Part shown: piece after piece, positions 38,254 to 50,922 of the stretch
Layout of the letters: each line of letters starts with the position of its first letter
Numbering within the stretch: position 1 is the stretch's first letter
Assembly (NCBI GenBank): GCA_002633005.1
Contig: NMRA01000393.1
Coordinates: 118,706 to 182,705, forward strand
Length of the DNA: 64,000 nt
Reading direction: 5' to 3'
DNA from: Phoronis australis
Lineage: Eukaryota; Animalia; Phoronida
Notes under the pieces: generated by a model
What the model saw: only the letters and a program-made list of their open reading frames with translations
Told to the model about the DNA's origin: nothing
Databases searched by the model: none
Program-made: the position numbers and the translations under genes

Positions 38254-38945
38254 CAAGGCACCTTAACTACACGGTTAACGGACTGCTAAACACGGTGTCG
38301 CCAAAAACGCTACTCAAGTCCCCGTAAACACCGTTCACTGACTCACATACACGGGATCCGACTCACAAAACACGATCCATTCACCCAACATACACGGTCA
38401 CGGACTCATACTCACGTAGAAACACATACCTCGGACCGCAAAGCACCGTTTATGGATAAAATGTAGAAATCTACTTCGACATTATTTGTGTAAAGGTTGC
38501 GAGATTAAATATAATTTTGGTCATGTGTTTGTCCGTAATTTGGTGTAATTGTTGTGAATTAGAAACAATAAACATTATTTTCATTTAAACTTCTTATTTG
38601 TTTTACAATTTATTGGCGTCCAATATATTTTTGTAACATAATTTCTCTATTTTGACAGTGAAAGTAGCAACTTCCGTTACATTCTGCTTTCTTCTTAAAA
38701 TGACATGGACCGTTCAAACTCTGTAAAAAGACCCTCTGTTTCATTCCCTTTCTATCACTATTTCGCGCTACTTACCCGGGAAGCCGACTAGTCCCTGATC
38801 GTGTATACCACATGCTTTATGAAGTGAACCTTGTTTGGCGGTCCGTGTGTCGTGTTTGTGAGTCCGTGACCGTGTATTTTGGGTGAACGAATGGTGTTGG
38901 TGAGTTCAATCCCGTGTATGTGAGTCGGTGAACGGTGTTTGCCAG
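38254..38945. mobile_element. Older, right-truncated copy of the 9330 long-TIR MITE family
   Basis: CAAGGCACCTTAACTACACGGTTAACGGAC left end and an inverted arm at about 38800-38945. Confidence 0.7.
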
Positions 38946-39469
38946 TAAAGTTGGTCGTTAACCCTACTTAGTGTTTGTTTTTTTTTATTTTGAAACTCGT
39001 ACGCTGAACAGGGGCGTTGGTTTACGACCGCAATTCACGTCAAGTCAAGCTCATGAATAGCGACTAGCCCACTTCAATCTGTGACTGCGCCGTCAAGCCT
39101 TTGGTGTGCAGCGAAATTCGCTGTATACTCTGGGGTAAACGGTTCACGCTTTCTCGTCCACTTGCGTGCAAATCCAGTTTGCCTAATAGTTGCCTAATAC
39201 TGGAAAGGAACGTCGAAGGAAATCCAATACCAATCACATTAACCTGTGTATTCAAACCTTTGTGATAGGCCTCCTACTCTCGGACATTTTCTTATTCAAA
39301 TCTTGCGTCCACCGAACTGTAAGGTCCATTTACCGAGAAGGGCCTCTCGCAAAATGGAATTGCCCAAATTGTCATATAACTTTTGCTCACTGAGGTAGAA
39401 GTGCTTAATATTGAATGATCAGATTTTCCTTATGGCCTTGCGGGATCAAATGTTACTTTTGTTTTCCAG

Positions 39470-39696
39470 TAAATAGACGCTCAACCACGTCCTCAACGAC
39501 TATCAGTGTTACGCGCGAAACTAACATTCCCGATGGAAGCGCCAACACGGCAAACGGGTACATGGGGTTACAAACAGCACAGTCTGTGGAAGTAACTTAC
39601 TCGACTTATTCAGACAACCAAGATTCAAATGCATGCATGCAGTTGGACGATTTATCAATCGCTGTACCTTTGAAAGAAGAGGACGTTTCCTGCTAA
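39470..39696 (+). CDS. RXFP-like: RXFP-like LGR terminal exon: Ser/Thr-rich cytoplasmic tail
   Basis: ttccag|TA, phase 1 compatible with the previous donor. Encodes NRRSTTSSTTISVTRE...EEDVSC*. AATAAA follows at 39862. Confidence 0.72.
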
Positions 39697-39861
39697 AGAC
39701 AACACTGCCTATGATAACTTGCATGTTTCACCATTCAATCCACTGTGTTCAAATTGACTATATAGAGCTAGGTAACTCCATCACAGTCAGGAGAGAGCTT
39801 ACTTGATATGTCGCACATCTATTATCAAGATTTTTGTAGGCTTAGTAGTGCAAGTAAACTA

Positions 39862-39867
39862 AATAAA
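39862..39867 (+). terminator. Candidate polyadenylation signal of the RXFP-like gene
   Basis: AATAAA about 165 bp downstream of the TAA stop. Confidence 0.4.
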
Positions 39868-41419
39868 AACTAGTTTGTGATTGAAGAAGCAAGGTCAGCG
39901 ACCTGCTTGAGAGACGTGCATGAGACAGTCATGACATGTGACTGGTTGAAAGTCGTGCATGTGACAGTCATGATATGCGATTGACAACGATATACTTCTT
40001 GGTGCCAATACAAGTCACTATTGATTGATCAGCGTGCGAATAAGGCAACGACTTTGATTTGAATATTATTGAAATTTCGTGAATTTGACAGTATTCAAAC
40101 ATTTAATCATTCTTCAGTTTATTTCACAGTTTTTGATTATTTTATTAAAATGTAATTTTATTATTTGCTGATATTAGAATGTATTTACACGTAGCCAAAC
40201 TCTTCTATAGCCACTATACACTGGTCATCAATTTAAATTGTGTCGCTTGTTCGACTTTTCGCTGTTAGTTTAATCTTTGTAGCAGAACCCATACGGAAGT
40301 CTTACTCTCTACACAGCTACTGAATTTCTGAAAGATAATTATATCTTACTTGAGAAAAAGTGCAAAGTCTATGAGAATAAACATATAACTGCTAGTTACT
40401 GAGATGGTGTGTATAAATTGTTGTCTGTATCAACGACGATGACTCTCGGTTCCATTTGCCTGAGGTGTGACGCAATTCGTAATCTCATAAATATGAGCCA
40501 TGACGATTACCTCCCAAAAGGACGAGTACCAAATTCGGAAGTAATGTGGCCCAGAAAGTTTTTTTTTTCTGGATTATTAAGCGTTACCCTCTGCCAAACT
40601 TTCAAACTAGGCATGCTTAATGAGGGAGTATAACCCATCGCATACTTGGACGGAAATATTTAGTCGGAAAATAACTTGACGGAAACTTTATCGAGTTATT
40701 TCTGTTTGTTACTTAAGTTGCTCATTATAAGCGTTAGAAATGGGAACAGCTCACTACTCCAAGGGTCATTATTCCATAAGCTCGCTACTCCAGCGGTTCA
40801 CTACTCCTACAATACGTGAAATTCCGGACTCGGGTGTAAATTCTATACATCTGTATGCCAAAATACACAATAATTGGGTTATTAGACGCAGTGGTGTACC
40901 GATGCTGAAAACTACGTCCGGTTACTGAAAACACTTGGTTCTTGGGTTTGATTTCTTGCCCATGCAAAATTGAGGTCCAAATTATATAAAGTGGGAATAT
41001 TGAACCCCAATACATTCACCAAAGCTATGTCAAGATCGCAGTCTCCGCGCAATCCGATGCTCCTCAGCCTCACCCAACGCGCCGGAACCATGGTCAAAAC
41101 TAAACGTTGTAGGCTACCCTTTCCCTTCACCATGACGGACAGTGCCATCCAGTCTTCTCAAATTTAAAGCCGTCCGTTGGTCACCATAGCCCTGAAATAA
41201 AATATCTATGTGCCCTAATGCTGTCCTTGTTTGCAAATGAGTCGTTTCAGATTCAAGAAGCACGATTACTAGTGACTGGAACTGAGTTCATTTGCATACA
41301 TGCAATTATTATAACAACAAACAATAATAAAAATAATAAGCTTTAATTGTAGAGGGTAAAATACAATATAATTAAAAACATGCTTTAGCCAAAAGCTAAT
41401 ATGCTCTTGTAAATCTTTG

Positions 41420-41720
41420 GTTACAATTGTTCGATACTAAACTATGCCCTACATGGTTGGAAGAGAGGTTTTTCGCAGTGGCTCAAATATCGACATTCTT
41501 CGAAATAAATTTGTAAATTCTTGTTAGGTCTTGGACGAAGTGCCCCTAATTCAAAAGCCCGGAGTGAGCTAGGCAAGTCTACAATGGTGTCACGGAGGTT
41601 TACTAGGATTGTTAAATATTGGTTGAAGTTGTTGAAATTGCCTCCTAATAGATATACCTATTCATGCTATGACTTTGCAAAACGAAATCGTGAAAGCTGG
41701 AGTTTTCCCTTAAAAATCTA
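41420..41720 (+). mobile_element. Decayed non-LTR retrotransposon fragment (region C-terminal to RT)
   Basis: LFDTK...NKF..FLLGLGRSAPNSKARSELGK...RIVKYWLKLL...NRY fits the LLG....PN....ELGR/K....IKYW.KL motif of LINE ORF2 tails. Confidence 0.65.
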
Positions 41721-42648
41721 CTATTCAGGACTGGGTCAGTCAAGCAAGATTCATCAACAGGGCTGTCGTACCATCAAGTGGAGAGTCCTACAACTTGGAT
41801 AACAGAGAAGGCATTTGATAGATTGACTGAAGTAATCTTTAAAGAGGGCGTTACTCTTCTTTGTAGTTGATTACTAAAATAACAACAGGTTTCACTTATC
41901 TAATTAGTGTTTATCATATAATTAATTTATTACATATAGATTATTACATGGCCAAGTCGTTACCCCCCGTATCTAGAGCCCTCGTGGATTTTGGAGAATT
42001 ATCACCCTCGGGGCTAATCTATATTTATCATTCTCTCTCCATCAACGCGCAATCTCAAAGCAAAGCTACATTTTAAACAAACCCACAGTCAATATCTTAC
42101 AATTATGATAGTTCATATTTTTCTGTTACTGTGTGTGTAATGTGCCGTGGATGGTAAGATGGGCGTTGAAAATTACCAGCGCTTAGAGACACATGACACG
42201 CCTTTCATTAGCGAAATCTTAGCATAATAAAACTAAACAAACAAAGAACTCGTTTTTTACTAAACAAAAGCAAATGAGCAATGATTTCCCAGCATGGGGT
42301 TGGGTTTCAGAGAATCATCATGCTGGCCTGCTAGGTTGCCGAAAAGTTAACGATGTAATGCGTGCCACGTGACCTGACTGTGACTAGCACGATAACTATT
42401 CCTGCATCACGCTACTTTTGTTTTTATACACATTTTGGCGAGGAACACGTATTGTCATACAATAATCCATAAGAATTATTGTATCAAAGGAATTTTTTTC
42501 ACCGTGTTGTCACTGGTTATTAACTTTCTTATTGACTCACATGTTGAGTTCTCAGATATTTTTTGTCACACGAAAGACAATTATCGAAAGTTTAAACTGT
42601 GTTGCTATTTAAACGAAACAACGATTTTAAGCTTGCACCTGATTTGTG

Positions 42649-42991
42649 ATGAAGGGCGGAGTGCTGATAAGAGCAAGAGTGCTTTACATACTTCTTTTTG
42701 CTTCCTCGAAATGTCTGAAGCTTTTGCACGCAAACACGGTGTTAGCTATCTATGAAGGAGTGCAAAATGTTTACAAGCGCAGCACGTGCACTACTGAGCC
42801 AGCAAATGGCATGTCTTCTGTTCTTGACGACTGCGTTTTATTGTGTTTACAAGCTGATACGTGCGATACCCTGAGTTACAATTTTGATTCGGGTCAATGT
42901 CGACATCACTGTGGCAACTTAAGTCTTCAGGACAGTCTAGTGGAAAGTCCTGGGTGGATATTTTTCGAAGACCCCACACGTAAACTTGAAG
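42649..42991 (+). CDS. PAN/apple-jacalin protein, exon 1: signal peptide and PAN/apple domain
   Basis: MKGGVLIRARVLYILLFASSKCLKLLHA signal-like N-terminus, followed by SVLDDCVLLCLQADTCDTLSYNFDSGQCRHH...SPGWIFFE (CxxxCxxxxxC..Y.....C PAN pattern). Donor GAAG|gtaaaa, phase 1. Confidence 0.82.
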
Positions 42992-44119
42992 GTAAAATAT
43001 TTTGCAGCTTTGAACACAATTTATACTTTATATCGTTATTGATACAATTACCTGTGTTGTATTTAAATTCATGCCGTGCAGGAGATGAATGCCTTACACG
43101 TCCTATAACAAGCAGAGTCATTTGTACGGCTGTGTCACCACGTAACTGTGTTATCCAACAGTGGAATACGGAAAATGCTTTTCTATATTACTCCTGTGAA
43201 ATGACTAATGTGCGCCGTAAGAATTTGCGAAATATGCCAATAGGAGTAACTATAGTTATTTCACTACCGCGCCACCTGGAGGCTTCTACAGTCTCCTAAC
43301 GTACTACCGTCATCACTACACTAGTGTTTTTTTGTCACAATATACCAATTCGCTGAACAACAGCTGTTGTAGTGCCCAAGAAGAAGCCTCGTCGCCAATA
43401 GAAAGGAGGTGTTTTTGCTTCGATATTAATTGAAAGCAAAAAGTTTCTCGGAGGAGAAGAGATGCAATCTCGGCGTGGCTGGATTAATTTCTACACCAGC
43501 CAACATTTGTGTTGCCTCCGCTTACCGGACTTAGCAGCAGAACATTCGGTAAAGTTGGTCTAACGATTATCAATAATGATCGATTTTCATTTCTTATATG
43601 GAGTAATTTTGGAGAAAGCTGCTACTTCATTCCATTTTTGCAAAGAACCCCACGAACTATACCTGTATCCCAAACGAAAAACAGTAAACCTGTCAAAAAA
43701 TAGCCCGAGAGCAGCTAGGTGAATTTCAATGTTTTATTAGGGTTCCACTTTTAAAAGAGGTGGGCGGGATTTTCGCATACGGCGGTAGCAACCTGGTTCC
43801 CCAAGCCTCACACGCTGACGTCACGGATAGCTTGTGAAGACCCAGGTACAGCGCACTACAACGTCAGTTTTCATTGGCTGTCAGCTGACAATTTTTAACC
43901 AGGAAGTTGGCGTGCGCATGCTTACATCCAGTAAACCGAGGTCGTAACTCTCTGGTGATCTAGCTGTTTATATTGTGAAATCAACAAACTGACCTGAAAT
44001 TAATGTAATTATCGATTCCTTATCATGGAAATAAACCTGAATTGGCTACACTCTTTTCACTTGACAGTTTTCAATTTTATTGTTTGAACGCTTTTATGTA
44101 TTGAAAACGTCTCTTACAG

Positions 44120-44272
44120 CAGGGGCGGATATAGGATTTTGAGTTGGGAGCAATGACATAGTATTAGAGACAGGATTTTTCCCGTCAGACATTCGCACCC
44201 CCGAACTGCCATCTGGAATCAGAGAGAAATTTAGGCGGGGCCAACTTCGCCCCCTCCCTAAATCCGTCACTG
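44120..44272. mobile_element. hAT-like MITE (CAGGGGCGGAT...ATCCGTCACTG)
   Basis: Imperfect 14-bp TIRs; shares ggattttgagttggga with the element at 44634. Confidence 0.65.
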
Positions 44273-44633
44273 TAGTGTTGCAGTAGACACTGCTGCACAG
44301 TATTCACTCCCTAGAACTCCACAATTTTTTACCCTCCAGCTAGCCACAATTCTCGAGTTACACCCCTCCACTCGTCGCCATAATTTCTTCCCATTTCCCT
44401 CTTTGAGCTGGGCCCCCGCGCAACTTAAGGTTATAAGCCATTCCGATCACCTTGGGTATATTCGGAGCTCCAAATTTCTCCTCAGAGGTGCGTGACTTTC
44501 AAACTTGGTGGTAAATGATTGGCCATAATGACTAACGTTCGGGCATGCACTGAAAACATTTACCTCCAAGGGCATGCGAAACACCTTGGGTGTTTTCGTA
44601 ACCTCACATTTTACCTAATAGGTGAACGCTATC

Positions 44634-44872
44634 CAAGAGCGGATCCAGGATTTTGAGTTGGGAGGCAGGGCACAGGAATAACCAGAAATTAGCCACATGC
44701 GCGCTCCCAGCCTAAAATGTAGGGATGCAGGGGTATCGAATTTTTGGGTTTGTGGACCTTATTACTATTACGGTAAACGTGGTTTGTTCAATTCGCTGCC
44801 AAATGGTATCTGGGTGAATTTTAAAGGGGGCCATGGTCCCTTGCCCCCCCCCTTTCATTGAATCCGCCACTG
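44634..44872. mobile_element. hAT-like MITE with 5-bp TSD CTATC
   Basis: CTATC|CAAGAGCGGAT...ATCCGCCACTG|CTATC. Confidence 0.65.
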
Positions 44873-47263
44873 CTATCTGAGCGTGTGAGGACTTCAGTTA
44901 GCCTAATATTCTCACGACTTAACATTTTGGATAACGTTCATCTCCGAGAGGATATTTGAGGCAAAGAAAATCCCCTATGTGTTTCGAAAAAAAATTTGTA
45001 TATAGGAAAATAGTCGATGTGCTCTAGTCTCTAGATGTTCCTAGGGTAAATTTCTAGCTACGAAAATACCCGAGTGGTGTCCCAAATGTGCCCTAAGATT
45101 TAGGTTAAACTTTGTGTATAATACGGTACAAGAAGAATCTCCGCCTATTTAGACGGTGGCTCAAAAACATTGGTAGGGACTCAAACTAACAAAGGTGTGT
45201 GGTGGAATTCAATGAAAATGTAGCCTAATGTTCCAAATGCACAATATTTTTATAAGGGTTAATGCTAACAACTTAATCCTTTCGTAGTAATTCTTGGACA
45301 GCTGTCTTTTTCATCCATTAAACTTGACGAAGTCTGCTCAGGGATTCCTGTTGACAAAAATGAGTCACGGTCTGGATACCAAAATTTTAAGAAAACAGTT
45401 ATCGTATTAAATCCCTTCTGCAGTAGAAAAAAGGTACCATTTGCAGTGTTTTTAACTCCCAGGTGAAACCTGTTGTATTTGTCTCGTTTTTCCCCGTGAG
45501 TGGGTGGGCGCATGTGGGAGGTAAGTGGAGGCCTCGATCCCGATTCAAACATTCTTAACCCGAGCAAAACGCGGGAAATCCCTCATTTATTTTACAAAGA
45601 ATTTATTTTACAAAGACCTGGCGGACCAGGTCTAAAGCTGAGGGCGCTTGCGCTCCTTTCCAGCTATNCTGTTTTTTTTTTGCAATTAAGGCAGTTGATT
45701 CAGCAAGTTTGAAGGCAAAAAAAAACAGAAACAAAAAACAACGCGACCAAATGAAATCAAAGACCTACCAACGTTACAAATGTTCCCGGCAGAGTGTAAT
45801 TCTCTGGTCTGCTCCTCGGCGAATTGGAGATTCAACGTTTTAGCGGAAAGTACGAGGAACCGACAAAACTGTAATTTCTCCGGTAAATACTGTTTGAAAA
45901 AAACCTGTTAACTAAAAAGTATTTGAACGTTGTATTGTAAACGAGTATACAATAATAAAAATATGAAAGTATGTACATTTATGTTAGCGTACATTGTACT
46001 CTCTTCCTAAGTTTATTAGAACTGGGCCATTGATAGCCGCTCGTGGAACAATTTCCGTGACGATATCGCGCTCACAATACGCTATTCAAGACCACCGGCA
46101 TTCTCACACCACTTTCTATTATTAATCAGCAGACTTCAGCCAGAGCAGACCTAAAAGTCACCCAGCGACGTAATAAAATTATGAAATATACAAAAAGCGC
46201 ACAGATATCTCTATTGCCACAGGTCGTGGGTCGAGGGGGTTGCGGTTCGAGAGGTGCGGGGGTCGTGGGGGTTTCAGAACAATCCATTTAGTCCCGTGTA
46301 TTTTAAACGGGAGGTAGGCGAAATCCGCTCACCGATTAAAAGTTTTCACCTCGTCAAAAATACACTCTACACTTAAAACTATCACTTAAAAAGGCACTTA
46401 CTTTCTTCAGTGGTTCTTTCTGCTTCTACGTATGAGTCGATGAAGCATAGCTATGAGAATTAAGGTGACTTTGGCAAAGAATTCCAACTCTACATTTTTG
46501 GTCACCGTTAAATTTTCACCGTGCGCGCGATAACAACAAAATATTTCAACTGAGTCACGTGAAGTAGGTAAAGTCTAGCGCGAGACTGTGCGAAGCGCGA
46601 GACTGTGCGAAGTGCGCGACGTAGCGGGAGACACTTGCAAAATAGCATATGGGAAGATATCAGGTGAGATTTGTTAGATTTGTGTCCCTTGGAGTTTTAG
46701 TTCGTCAAAATAACACCCGGTGAGAGAAACTCGAGCGAACCGCGATCGAGTTTTCATGGATATGTTCAAGTTCTGTTGACTAAATTGTATCCAGAGTCAT
46801 GTTATGTGTTAATTATAACTCTATGAGCATATATGCAGGTTTCATTCGGTTTTATTTGCTTTATTTTGAAATGAGTAACTTTTTATGAGAATGTACTATC
46901 GGGCAAATCACAATCAATGTCCATATTCGGTGGCCACTTTTGGTGAAAAAAGAAGGTTGTCATATAACTGTAAAAGCTAGGTTATTTCAAACTACCATCA
47001 TTCCAGGTTTGTAATCTAAAATATTTTTGCACAAGAACCCCCGAATAAAATTTTATGGCCTAATGTATCGCAGTTGTATAAAAGGGTACGTACACTACAA
47101 TTTGTGGTCACAGCCCACTTCTATCATGCAAAAATTTATAAGGTAGCTGTTAATTTAGTAAGTTCTTGATCAAATTGAAGAAGTATCATATACTAAAGTA
47201 AGAAAAATTATTATCGTGCTGATCAAGTTGTTCTAGATGATGATACATTGCATGTCTTAACAC

Positions 47264-47535
47264 AGTATTATGAGAACTTCTTCTCTTGCAATATGATTTT
47301 TACAAAAAGAAAATGACAGGTAACTACTTTTTTCAAAAACTTTATTGGTGCTATTTGCCTAGTTTTCATCACATTCACCAGTTGGGCAAAATAGTTAAAG
47401 TATTATGAGAACTTCTTCTCTTGCAATATGATTTTTACAAAAAGAAAATGACAGGTAACTACTTTTTTCAAAAACTTTATTGGTGCTATTTGCCTAGTTT
47501 TCATCACATTCACCAGTTGGGCAAAATAGTTAAAG
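47264..47535 (+). repeat. 135-bp tandem duplication (2 copies)
   Basis: agtattatgagaacttc...gggcaaaatagttaaag repeated, apparently without mismatch. Confidence 0.92.
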
Positions 47536-48251
47536 CAATGTTAGGCCCAGTGTTCAACTTGTAAACAGTAAAAATGGTACTGGTTGAGGGGTACGTACAC
47601 TACGCACAGTCAAGAATCAACGTCAAATTTTGACTTAGTTACAAATGTATGCGATGATCTTGAGTCTCGTGCTGCCTCTACTAGTTGTTTTGTTGCAAGT
47701 TGTCTTGAGAGATAGAGAACCTGCTTCTGCAACATCAGTTGTCACATGACATGTCTTCTAGGATGTTACTAGCCAAGACCTGTCCATTGTTTTTTTTTGT
47801 TTTATCAGACTGGATGCATTTTGGAAATATCAGTATTGTTCATGAGATCAACAGTATGTAAAAATATTTTACTTGTGGGCAATACTTTATAGCAGAGAGG
47901 TTGGAGGTACGTACACTACATAACGCTACCTACATTACATTCCAATGACTTGTCACGTTTATAAAAATACTTAGAATCTACTGAGAGATAGTTAACTTAC
48001 CAAATCTATTCTAAGAGAACAAACAAAAAGTACAGCATAAACGTCTGTCTGTCATTCTTTGAAAACAGGCACATGTTAAAATATAAGGGTGACGTACACT
48101 ACACAAATGCTAATATTACACTAAAAATAAATGCATTTGTAATTAACACCCTTTTAACCTAACATTTTTAAGGAAGGAAACTGTCTATGACCAATGTTGC
48201 TCACTTACCAAGTGATGTTTTAATTTCATGGCATTTGTAAACATGGGGGTA

Positions 48252-48486
48252 CAGAGGCTGATCTACAGGGGGGTTCAGGGGGTTTAAACCCCCCTCGGGA
48301 CAGGATCAAAAATAAAAACTGGAAAAAAATCGCCTGAAAAACGAAATTAGCTACTAAAAATCCCAAAAAATCTTACTCGGCAGGAGGAAAACCCTCTCGC
48401 GACCTTCCTTCTCCTCGGCGCTACGCGCCTCGGATTCTTTCGAATCCTAAACCCCCCCCCTTACTAAAATCGTAGATCTGCCACTG
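48252..48486. mobile_element. hAT-like MITE with imperfect 6-bp TSD (GGGGTA/CGGGTA)
   Basis: CAGAGGCTGATCTAC...GTAGATCTGCCACTG, inserted into a GGGTACGTACAC motif. Confidence 0.7.
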
Positions 48487-50257
48487 CGGGTACGTACACA
48501 AAAAAAGGGGTAGCTACACTACATCACTGTTTCTGCATCACATGGTAACATAATGTTGTATGGCCGTTTATTTTTATTTTGTGATAATAAGCACCATGTT
48601 GTTATTTAAAAGGCAATAATTTCATTTGCAATGACCCTTTGTTATTGAATTCAACTACATTTTGTTAGCCTATTTGGCCCATTTTCACCATAGCAGAACC
48701 CAGTCAATATCCAAACTTTTGGTTTGTTTAGATATTGAATAATTTGCTGTGTTGCCTAGGCTAACATATTCTACAGTTCTTTTTATTACAGAGTGTAAAC
48801 TTTAGTTTTTACAGTAGCTGAGGTTTAGAAACGCATAATTCACAAATTTCGTAACCAGTGCCTGTTTTATGATGAACCCAACCATTTATCAATGATTAAG
48901 CACAACTTCATCTAAGGGATTCTGAAAGTGACTCAAGTTATTCCCAATCATATCAAAGCAATTGCTTACTTGATAAAATGAATTTCTTTTCTACTGTTGA
49001 CCGTTGGAAATTGTAATTTTTAAAATGGCCACTCGTAACGCTAAAAATGCATGGAATTCATAGATAAAAACATGCATAAATTTCTCAAACATTGTCCGAT
49101 TTTGATGATTCATGTTTTAATTTGCACAACTAAATAACTTTTTGCATATGAGATTCAGTTGGCATTTGGTAAGTGACCAAAAAATTTATTTTAGACCGTA
49201 ACACATTCAACTCTCGAATAAGAACCTTGGTTGTGATTTAGCCGTATCGCTCCTGTATGCCTGTGGCATTTAGTGCGATGTAATATACCAAGCATACTAC
49301 TAGCTATCTCTTCCACAAAATATTTCGAAAACATAACACTGTATTCTTTGACTCGTTAGCTTTGAAATGCAGGTGTTTGATGAAAACAGAGATTTAAACA
49401 GCTGTAAATCTGTTGACATTTCTTCACTGGAAGTCGCCATGTTAGTGAACTAGTTTGACCTGACCAATAGAATGGCTTGTTTCTTGAAATCGGAACAACC
49501 AATGATATTCCAAGAATGCAGATGGAAAAGAGCGCTGTAACAAACCCCAACCAATCTAGAGGGTCTGTGCAGGAGACTAACTGAGGCAGTTGAGTGAGTA
49601 CCCACAATGCACTGGCATGAGACACCTGTCACTCACTACGGCGGCCACGTTAGGTACTGGTGCATCACCAAAAATAAAAATAAAAATAAAAGTTAAGTAA
49701 AGTTTCAAAATATTTAGAGTTGTTTTGAATGAGAATTATTTGAGATTAGGCTTGAACTGAACAAATATGCGTTAAAATGCGTATTATGAAGCAGAAATGG
49801 TGGCTTCAAAACTCTGTTTATGTTTCATAAGCTCACAAAATAAGCGAATGTTTGGAGGTTTAATATTTGGACACATATAGTTTTGTTCCAAAGCATGTGA
49901 AATAACGTATAAAACGTAAACAGTCGGAAGATATTAAAGATTGAAGTCAATAGTAGTCTTAAAATGTCCATTATTGAATGACACATGTTCGCCCTCGGTT
50001 AAATCACCGGGCTAAGTATCCCAAATCTAGATTTGATAACCAGTAATCATCATGCACATATATCTCTAATCACGAGTCAAGGTCACACAAATGTCGCCAT
50101 GGTACGTTCATTTCAGAATTGAAGACATGACCATATTCATTGTGCCTTGCACATCCCAAAGCTGTCGTTGGTAGTGTTCATAAGAATCTCAACAAAATTA
50201 TTGTAGTTTCCCGGAGGAATTCTTTTACCGACAGAAATTAACTCATTTCTATTTTAG

Positions 50258-50390
50258 AGTGTGTACAAACTTCAAGCTTTGGTCCTCACCCAACGGAGAT
50301 ACTGGATTCCACAAGAATATTTGACGACTCTGAATACGGCGACCGCAAAATCACTGGAATACGGATCAGAGCAGGATCGTGGATAAACAG
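50258..50390 (+). CDS. PAN/apple-jacalin protein, exon 2: N-terminal part of the jacalin-like domain
   Basis: ttttag|AG...AG|gtgagt, phase 1-2. Encodes CVQTSSFGPHPTEILDSTRIFDDSEYGDRKITGIRIRAGSWIN (FDD...ITGIRI..G.WI, jacalin/ZG16-like). Confidence 0.85.
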
Positions 50391-50922
50391 GTGAGTAGCG
50401 ACCTCTATGGGAAGTAGAGCGGGTGGCGGCGACAGAATACATGAGCAACACTGCGGACGTGTTCGACGAGTTTTAACATCCCGTGCGATAGAAGCACAGT
50501 TACTTAGATCTGATTGTTCGTTATTGTCATAGTTGAATTACGCATACGATATATGTAAGAACGTTTGCTGCCAATTCCTTAGTTACAACTCTGCCTGGAA
50601 TTGCTTCTATGTTTTGAAATTCCACCAGGTGGCGTCGCACATCCAACAATCCCATCAATGCTATATCTGGGCTAAAGGTCAATCTAAAACAATAGAGAAC
50701 TACACTATTTGGTTCTCGAGGCAATGTCTACCCCNNNCCCCCCCCCCCCCCCCTCCATTACTTTTTCTGTTGTTTGTTGTTTGCCCACTCGAGACGATAG
50801 CACCGATACCACGAATCTCAGAATGTCCAACGAGACGATACTAAACCAAAATAACCATTCTCAAGCATGTACCTTCTCATGGGAATGCCTCGAGTAAATG
50901 AAGTAAATTTTATGTTTTCCAG

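Larger units (their letters stand above)
3831..39696 (+). other. RXFP-like: Gene span: relaxin-family peptide receptor-like LGR (type C1: LDLa-linker-10 LRR-7TM), 15 coding exons, about 766 aa visible, signal-peptide exon missing
   Basis: All exons have AG/GT boundaries and continuous phase: 3831-3980, 17366-17446, 20453-20561, 22624-22695, 22963-23034, 24406-24477, 24863-24934, 25605-25670, 28662-28733, 29001-29144, 29464-29607, 31933-32174 (or its copy 34067-34308), 36560-37183, 37947-38099, 39470-39696. Domain order matches RXFP1/RXFP2 and insect Lgr3. Confidence 0.92.
46455..49215. mobile_element. Possible 2.8-kb non-autonomous DNA transposon (GAGA...TCTC ends, Sola2-like)
   Basis: Imperfect inverted ends GAGAATTAAGGTG...TTTTTGGTCAC and GTGACCAAAAA...CACATTCAACTCTC, with a recurrent internal motif GGTACGTACACTAC. 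No clear TSD. Confidence 0.35.

Noticed and set aside
42992-43299. Continuation of the 217-aa ORF beyond the PAN domain
   Set aside because: A good phase-1 donor at 42991/42992 links to the jacalin exons; the read-through peptide has no recognisable features.
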